Sequence record: SRR31156797_3164
DNA: 40,994 nucleotides
Direction: 5' to 3' (one strand)
Position numbers and translations under genes: made by a program. The notes beneath the pieces were generated by a model. The model was given only the letters and a program-made list of their open reading frames with translations, was not told the origin of the DNA and did not search any database. Shown piece after piece: positions 34,868-40,994 of this stretch; within the stretch, counting starts at the first letter, position 1; each line of letters starts with the position of its first letter.

Positions 34868-35593
34868 TCAGAGTTCAATCACCCCCTGACTATTATCGAC
34901 CAATGAGGGTAAAAGGCCCTGTACCTCTGCCTCACTCCAATGCCGGGCTCCAGAGAGGGTTGCCGCATTGATATGATTCAGGCCCTGGGCAATCTCAGCG
35001 TAACTCTTGCCACGCTGACGGAGCCTCAGAATAGAGTCGGACAACTCTTCTCTGCTGAATTTTTTTTTATCATCATCAATATCGACTGCAAGGGTTCCGC
35101 TATCGGTGTCCATCTCAACCTGCTGTATCTTTTCCGCAGGTTCGGGATTATACTCAAGCTGTAATCCGACCATCAATCGCATAAGATCATCAATTTGACG
35201 ATCCCGCCGCGCAAGCTGGCCCCGCATATCTTCCAGTTGTTCACGCAGGAGTTGAATTTGCCCCTTATAGACTTCTAGCAGTTCCGCTAGATAATCGTTG
35301 GTGGCTGCCTGCTGTGATGCAGGCAAGGTACTCTGTGGGGTTGCAACCGAGGCCTGCTGAGTACTCTGTGCTCCGGGTTTCCCCTCCTGCCCATACGTTG
35401 CCAGTAACTGCCGACCCTCATGCCATCGTTCAAGATCTTGCTGACGAAACCGAACCTCCTGTTTACCGGTGACAGGATTCAATATCATTTTGTACGGCAA
35501 CCCTTTTTTTCGATACCTGCTGATGGTTTTGGTAGAGACATTGAGATAATCGGCAGCCTGCTTCTGTGTTACCTGGAAATCACTCTCACTCAT
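34868..35593 (-). CDS. MerR/excisionase-type HTH plus coiled coil plus C-terminal HTH-like domain
   Basis: TQKQAADYLNVSTKTISRY; heptad segment LREQLEDMRGQLARRDRQIDDL; GKSYAEIAQGLN; ATG 35593 behind GAGG. Confidence 0.75.
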   Translation of the reverse strand: MSESDFQVTQKQAADYLNVSTKTISRYRKKGLPYKMILNPVTGKQEVRFRQQDLERWHEGRQLLATYGQEGKPGAQSTQQASVATPQSTLPASQQAATNDYLAELLEVYKGQIQLLREQLEDMRGQLARRDRQIDDLMRLMVGLQLEYNPEPAEKIQQVEMDTDSGTLAVDIDDDKKKFSREELSDSILRLRQRGKSYAEIAQGLNHINAATLSGARHWSEAEVQGLLPSLVDNSQGVIEL

Positions 35594-36149
35594 TAATACC
35601 CACCTCTTTTCCACTCAAATTCTTGGTACAGACAATAGCTGGTAAGTAATAAAACGTAGAAAAGTCCATCCTGCAATCTTATCTTGTCAAAAAAAAGACA
35701 AAATAGTGCGTTAAAGAAAGCGATAAAGGGCTGACCAAAGAACGGAGCTCTCCTTTTTTCTGCCCTAACCAAACAGAAAAAGTGCCCTTTTTTGTGATCC
35801 ACACGTCTATATGACACACCTGCTCTCTATAAAACGGAGAGCTGCAGTGTCTGAAGCAAGTTGACACCTCACTTTCTTCAAGTCGCTTGGCTCAGAGTCA
35901 TTTAATAATATCGGTCACCTTCCAAAGCCCCAGTTCCCCCAAACACCTGCTGTCCGATTTCGAGACACACAAAAAACCTTTTTATATCAACAGATAAGGT
36001 GATTCCCAGATATCATTGTATCGCTTACGGACATTTTAAAGATGCACGGTGCCTCAAACCGAGGACACAACCGCCCCGACCTTCCAGCCAGCACAGCCCA
36101 CTTGGCATAACTACTTGACATAAAAAAGAAATACATGAAAAACAAAATA

Positions 36150-36166
36150 TGGCACAGTTCCTGTAA
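36150..36166 (+). promoter_or_regulatory. Possible sigma54 (-24/-12) promoter
   Basis: TGGCAC-AGTTCCT-GT: GG-N10-GT variant about 55 nt upstream of ATG 36221. Confidence 0.3.
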
Positions 36167-36220
36167 TAAACTGAAAAAGCACATACCGTTACTTAAAAAC
36201 AAAAACAGGGAAGAGAAAAA

Positions 36221-36661
36221 ATGATGAAAAAAATGATTACACATTCAATCGTATTAGGATTTGTTCTTTGTACAAGCACAGCGTGCATGAGTACACAGCC
36301 AGGCTATGGCGGAGCCATCTCTTCTCAGATTGGCATGGTTCAAAATCATAGTTCAAACGCTGAAAACATTGAATTGCAGGGCACTTCAAATGATGGCTTA
36401 AGAGCAGCAAGGTACCGCAGCGGTATTAGAGCTGACATTGCAACAAACAGAGCGGCTACCCAACATGCCGAACTCGGTGTTGTAAATCATCAATTAGATA
36501 CAGCCAGAAAAGCTCAAGTCTATGACCACCGAGCACACATGGATAAAAATCGTGAGGTTAGAGATGATTTTGGTACAGTGAGCAGCTCTGCTGGATCTGT
36601 GAGCAGCACGGTCAACAGTATCAATAGAACAATTCGCGGTATTGATCGAATTTTCAAATAA
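36221..36661 (+). CDS. Hypothetical lipoprotein
   Basis: Basic N-terminus, hydrophobic core, STA-C lipobox-like site. Confidence 0.7.
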   Translation: MMKKMITHSIVLGFVLCTSTACMSTQPGYGGAISSQIGMVQNHSSNAENIELQGTSNDGLRAARYRSGIRADIATNRAATQHAELGVVNHQLDTARKAQVYDHRAHMDKNREVRDDFGTVSSSAGSVSSTVNSINRTIRGIDRIFK

Positions 36662-36686
36662 TACAGCTCTATACAGGTACAATACT

Positions 36687-37031
36687 ATGAAATTTCTCTT
36701 CCCGATAGTTGCTCTCTTGTTGATGTGTGGTGCATGCGCAAACCAACGGGCCATCACCTCCAACTGGCAGCCTACTCAGATGGTGGTAGCAAACACTAGT
36801 ACAAAAACAATACCAGACAATGTTCTTCATGATTTTGATGCCGCTGCCGATGAAGCGAAATACAACCAAGGGCCGCGTACGACGTACATTCCATATTACG
36901 GCTCTCAATATTACGGATCTCCATACTACGCCCGCTACCCTAACAATCGATATTGGTATGCTGGGAATCATCACGGACGTCCCTACAGATATTGGCGACA
37001 TGGCTGCAGAAGCACAAGATACTGTCACTGA
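36687..37031 (+). CDS. Hypothetical lipoprotein with Tyr/Arg-rich tail
   Basis: MKFLFPIVALLLMCGA-C; YYGSQYYGSPYY repeats. Confidence 0.7.
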   Translation: MKFLFPIVALLLMCGACANQRAITSNWQPTQMVVANTSTKTIPDNVLHDFDAAADEAKYNQGPRTTYIPYYGSQYYGSPYYARYPNNRYWYAGNHHGRPYRYWRHGCRSTRYCH

Positions 37032-37438
37032 ATCAACTACCTTCTCATATTGCCTGAGGAGTGAAAGATAGACATCACAATCAACGATTATATCGCAACA
37101 GAAGTTTTAAATCTTTATATAATCCACACAAAGGGTTGAGTATTTCAAAAAGAAGAACCGACAAGTTATTCTTGATCACCAAGCAAGCATAGAGAAAGGG
37201 AAGTATGGAAATAACGGCGATACTTCCACTGTACCACAACTCCAGCCTCTATCTGACAATTTCTGAATACTGATTATGATTTTATTGGACAGGCAGCACA
37301 CGGGACATCAAGTTCGAGGACACTCTGTAAGAATCTTTTTTTGAATATAACAGTTTGTATACGTAATGCCCCTGTGACAATGATGATCGTTTGGAATGAC
37401 CACTACTAATCTTCTGTCTGGGGGACGCTAAATTATTA

Positions 37439-37470
37439 CAGAAGTGGTCACGCTATTTCGACCACTTCTG
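37439..37470. terminator. Hairpin downstream of the acyltransferase gene
   Basis: CAGAAGTGGTC-10 nt-GACCACTTCTG. Confidence 0.55.
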
Positions 37471-37488
37471 CTGAAAGCATTTTTACTC

Positions 37489-38604
37489 TTAAAAGATTTT
37501 GTTCAAAAGCGGTGTTCTTCTCATAATATTTGCCGTTCCCCAAGAAAGCAGGATGGCAGCAATAGAAACGATTGTATATTTAACAAAAATTGAAATTTGA
37601 GAAGGAACCATGTAGTAGGCAAGCCCAAAAACGATGAACATATGAACATAGTAAATTGCATACGAGCAATCTGAAAAATTCTTCCAAATTCCGTTGCCAC
37701 GATTAAAGAATTTTTGAAAAATTGCCAAGAGCGACATCAACGCGCTGAAGCAGAAGAGATTAAATAGAAGCGCATTTCCACTTTTCAAAAGTAGGGTTAC
37801 CTGCTTGTACTCAGGTATGGTTAATTTGTAACTGACGTAGCAAAATCCACTCATCAGAAAGAGTATGGTCCAGTAGGTGGATTTGGGGCGATACCCTTGA
37901 GGAGTGAACCAATTGTGCTTTTCTGCATAAATTCCAAGTATGAAATACGCCAGTAGCACCAATATCCGAACCGGCTGAAAACTCAGAATATATAAATGGT
38001 TAAACCAGGTATCCAGGGGAACGATTAGGTTCATTGAGAGAAAAGCGGCTGTCGCAACCAGGATAAATCCGATAAATAAGGGCAAAGTGGGCTTTCCGGC
38101 GCGCTCATCTTTTTGCAATAGTTCCGGTTTTATTTTAGCTGCAAGAAAAGCAATCAGAAAGAAAAGGAGTAGTACCCCAAGGAACCAGTAATGAGCTTGC
38201 TGGAACATTTCCCCCCAGTAATCCCCTGTCCAGAATTGGCCTAAAGTGACAGGTACATTTCTTGTAAAGTAAATGATGTAAGCAATCGGCGGGGCTATTA
38301 GCAAAACTCCTGTCACATAGGGAATGGTGATTCGAAATTGCTTATCTTTCCAAAATCGAGAAGCACCTTTAGTGCGCAGTGAAATATAGACAAAATAACC
38401 TGCACAAAAGAACATCACGGGCATGATGAAGACATCAACTACAATGACAATGATGGTAAAAAGGAAACTGCGCTCCGGGTCAAGAACATACCACCAGTCA
38501 GGTGCATACGCCATGTAGCAGAGGGCAGTGTGAAATACAATGAGCAGCCCTATAATGAAGCTGCGTAAGTTATCAATAAAGTGCAGCCTGTTGGCAACGT
38601 TCAT
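37489..38604 (-). CDS. Acyltransferase family 3 membrane protein (OpgC/MdoC-like)
   Basis: RLHFIDNLR..H, FIMPVMFF..GYF, RITIP, HYWFL, SYAIYYVH; about 10 TM helices. Confidence 0.9.
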   Translation of the reverse strand: MNVANRLHFIDNLRSFIIGLLIVFHTALCYMAYAPDWWYVLDPERSFLFTIIVIVVDVFIMPVMFFCAGYFVYISLRTKGASRFWKDKQFRITIPYVTGVLLIAPPIAYIIYFTRNVPVTLGQFWTGDYWGEMFQQAHYWFLGVLLLFFLIAFLAAKIKPELLQKDERAGKPTLPLFIGFILVATAAFLSMNLIVPLDTWFNHLYILSFQPVRILVLLAYFILGIYAEKHNWFTPQGYRPKSTYWTILFLMSGFCYVSYKLTIPEYKQVTLLLKSGNALLFNLFCFSALMSLLAIFQKFFNRGNGIWKNFSDCSYAIYYVHMFIVFGLAYYMVPSQISIFVKYTIVSIAAILLSWGTANIMRRTPLLNKIF

Positions 38605-38646
38605 AATCCAATCTCCGAAATTTGGGTTATACTCATAACTTTTCTG

Positions 38647-38662
38647 TGTACCGTTCGGTATA
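38647..38662. promoter_or_regulatory. TetR operator upstream of the acyltransferase gene
   Basis: TGTACCGTTCGGTATA; 14-nt core identical to 39285-39298. Confidence 0.8.
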
Positions 38663-38670
38663 TAACGGGC

Positions 38671-38702
38671 AAAAAAATAGCGCTACCTGGTAGCGCTATT
38701 TT
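38671..38702 (-). terminator. Intrinsic terminator after tetR
   Basis: AAAATAGCGCTACC-T-GGTAGCGCTATTTT with U7 on the minus strand. Confidence 0.75.
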
Positions 38703-38704
38703 GA

Positions 38705-39274
38705 TTACCTCGTGATGCCGTGTACAAAATTCTTGACTATAAAGTCAGTTATCTCCTTAGAAAGCTCAATGATCCCGTTCAAAAAAAGAGTTATATATTG
38801 GTGCACGATCCCAATAAAAGCTATCGCATGAGCCATGCAGATTTCATTTTTCTGGTCTTCTGGCAACTGCAATGCATTACCAAAAAGTTCCTGTAAGCTT
38901 TGATAGGGAGGATTGGCCAGTTTTCTGATAACATTTATTGGATCTCCTTCCAAAGGGCCGAACACCATCGCTAACTGCATTCGATAAAAATCTTTATTCT
39001 TCTTGGCAAATTTGAAATAAGCGGTTGCTACTTTGACCAGGCTTTTTTGAAGGTCACCGCCATATTCTGCTGCAGTCGAAATGTTTTGATTCAGTACCTG
39101 GTTGTATTGGGTTAGGAGGGTTTCCAGTAACCCTTGTTTATTGCCAAAATAGTGATAAAGAGTCGGCTTGGTGATTCCAGCCAGGCTGACTATCTCCTGC
39201 ACTCCGGTCGCTTCGTAGCCTTTGGCTCCAAAAAGTTTGAGCGCACTTGCAAGTATCTTAGCTTTATTATCCAT
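38705..39274 (-). CDS. TetR/AcrR family regulator
   Basis: ILASALKLF..KGYEATGVQEI..AGITKPTLYHYFGNK; ATG 39274. Confidence 0.93.
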   Translation of the reverse strand: MDNKAKILASALKLFGAKGYEATGVQEIVSLAGITKPTLYHYFGNKQGLLETLLTQYNQVLNQNISTAAEYGGDLQKSLVKVATAYFKFAKKNKDFYRMQLAMVFGPLEGDPINVIRKLANPPYQSLQELFGNALQLPEDQKNEICMAHAIAFIGIVHQYITLFLNGIIELSKEITDFIVKNFVHGITR

Positions 39275-39282
39275 CCCGCTCC

Positions 39283-39308
39283 TATACCGTTCGGTATACA
39301 AAATGTCA
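39283..39308 (-). promoter_or_regulatory. tetR promoter with overlapping operator
   Basis: Palindrome TATACCG-TT-CGGTATA (39283-39298) immediately downstream of TTGACA on the minus strand. Confidence 0.8.
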
Positions 39309-39929
39309 AATCTTTATATAGCGTTTCCTTAATAAAGTAGTTGCCCGTCTATCTAAAAATAAAGGGCAACGAGCAGAGTTGGGTCCGTTTCTGTAGCAGA
39401 TGAATACAATCATCCAACACCGACATGTGTCATTCTGTGAAAAGCATTTTTTATTATTGACCCCATCTTTCCCATAATTGCCAAAGGATATCTTTTGACA
39501 ATAGATATCAATCACCTGCCAGGTGTTTCTATTGGTTTCTGGCTGAAAAAAACCACCATAATCTTGGGGTGAGAATGGTATTTTCTGAATCCTAATCATG
39601 GATGATGTTGAATCATGTAGGAGGCACCTGCTCTCCGGTTATCGCTCCCTATTTAGTAATATCAACTTAGAAAAAAGCATTCCTCATTGTGCGGGAAAGG
39701 ACCTCTGGTACAACACGTTTTATAGCTTCTCTGAATTCTCGTGTGTCTTTCACGTACGACAGTTTAGGCTTGTTGAAAACCTCATCTGTGACTTTTTTGC
39801 ACAACATTTTGGTTTCCACTTTTTTCAACTTACCGCATTTCCCTCTCGTCCATATTTCTTCCACATTTATCAGGCAATAATCCGGTTTGTTTCGAGAAAG
39901 AAGAAAAAAGACTTTTAACAAGAGCCATT

Positions 39930-40829
39930 ATGGAAAATATGAAATCCAGCTATATGAATCCCCATACCTTAAGAAAAAATTTGCTCTCACCGTTGAGATG
40001 CTGTTCCGGGATAGCGTTTTTTCTACTCATACCCATACTCCTCAATGGTTGTGCTGATACAGCTGCCTCAAAAAGAATGGTCGATGATGAGAGCACCACC
40101 ATGAGGCATGAATCAAAATGGGCTGGAGCAAAAAGTTTTCAGATCGAAGATCATCACGTGATTATCGGGGTCCTGAATGATGAGAAAAACCTTTATGTCC
40201 GCGTCGCAACAACTGACAACGGCATACAGCAGAGTATTACGACATCCGGCTGTACGATATGGGTTGATGCTGATGGCGGCCAGAATAAAATTTATGGTAT
40301 TCACTATCCATCCATAAAACTGCCTGAACCTCGAGTGCAGACAACAAGTCCTCCGGTTCCGAATAGTTCCAATGAGAGAAAAGATGGTTCGCCGGATCAA
40401 CAGGGTTTGGAAATTGTTTCAAATGGCGGTGATGGGCGTACGCGGATCACGATGAGCGAGGCCCTGTCTCTCGGTATTGAAGCTGGCATCAAAAAGACAA
40501 ATGGATATCTTATGTATGATCTAACAATCCCGTATACCCAAATTATCGCCCAACATGGCCCACAAATGTCACTTCTTCCCCAATCTATTGCTATTGCACT
40601 TGAAATCGAAGGGATAACTCAGGTTAGAGGTGAAAGACCGGCGATGGTCGGATCCAGAGGTGAGGACCAGAGAGGTCAAGGTGGGATGGGCGGTGGTGGA
40701 AGAGGCGGTCGCGGGATGGGCGGCGGCGGGATGAGAGGTGGTGATAAACCGGAAGATATGGAAAAAACAGAATCCCATGGCCGGGAAGCCAACGAAACGT
40801 TAGAAGAATGGTTTATTGTTGACCTATAA
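39930..40829 (+). CDS. Hypothetical lipoprotein with Gly/Arg/Met-rich C-terminal segment
   Basis: LLNG-C lipobox; ND..NLYV, TIWVD..G, GIHYP; GGMGGGGRGGRGMGGGGMRGG; start uncertain. Confidence 0.75.
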   Translation: MENMKSSYMNPHTLRKNLLSPLRCCSGIAFFLLIPILLNGCADTAASKRMVDDESTTMRHESKWAGAKSFQIEDHHVIIGVLNDEKNLYVRVATTDNGIQQSITTSGCTIWVDADGGQNKIYGIHYPSIKLPEPRVQTTSPPVPNSSNERKDGSPDQQGLEIVSNGGDGRTRITMSEALSLGIEAGIKKTNGYLMYDLTIPYTQIIAQHGPQMSLLPQSIAIALEIEGITQVRGERPAMVGSRGEDQRGQGGMGGGGRGGRGMGGGGMRGGDKPEDMEKTESHGREANETLEEWFIVDL

Positions 40830-40994
40830 GAACCCGACAACAGTCCACAACCTGAATATTAGCGGTTTGCAAAGATAATTGGAAAATCTTACATTTTTCT
40901 CACAACAGAGCAGCAGGATACGGATCTTGAGGTTCTTCCTGCCTAGCGTTGCAAGAAGTTATTGTGTATTGGTTCAGCGGGAATTGGAAATTTT

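Noticed and set aside
39598-39921. ORFs 39667-39921 (-) and 39598-39918 (+) as genes or an IS630 transposase remnant
   Set aside because: Only a vague likeness to an IS630 C-terminus (EEIW..EFREAI), with no DDE motif or terminal repeats; needs BLASTX.

Overview
The window is a mostly chromosomal-looking segment from an anaerobic Gram-negative bacterium. Gene content (DVU0772-like protein, ModE-ModCAB, DHH-CBS protein) suggests a Desulfobacterota sulfate reducer, which is an inference. The left end holds the main find: a minus-strand cobalamin riboswitch (4350-4551) upstream of a three-gene operon. The operon encodes a divergent TrpD-fold phosphoribosyltransferase, a 75-aa unknown protein, and a Zn-dependent MDR dehydrogenase fused in frame to CobT. 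It is a candidate undescribed cobamide lower-ligand synthesis or salvage module. Just upstream is a candidate ~80-nt sRNA with its own sigma70 promoter, terminator and anti-Shine-Dalgarno loops, followed by a divergent modE-modC-modA-modB-DUF364 cluster. The middle is housekeeping: icd, FadL plus acyl-CoA synthetase, D,D-peptidase, response regulator, glgX, SGNH, HAD, Nudix, typA, SF2 helicase, HIT, DHH-CBS and gltBD (gammaproteobacterial-looking). The right end is an AT-richer accessory region with orphan lipoproteins and a TetR/acyltransferase-3 pair sharing an identical operator. I saw no tRNA, rRNA, CRISPR array or intact transposase. All protein calls come from motif recognition, not database searches.
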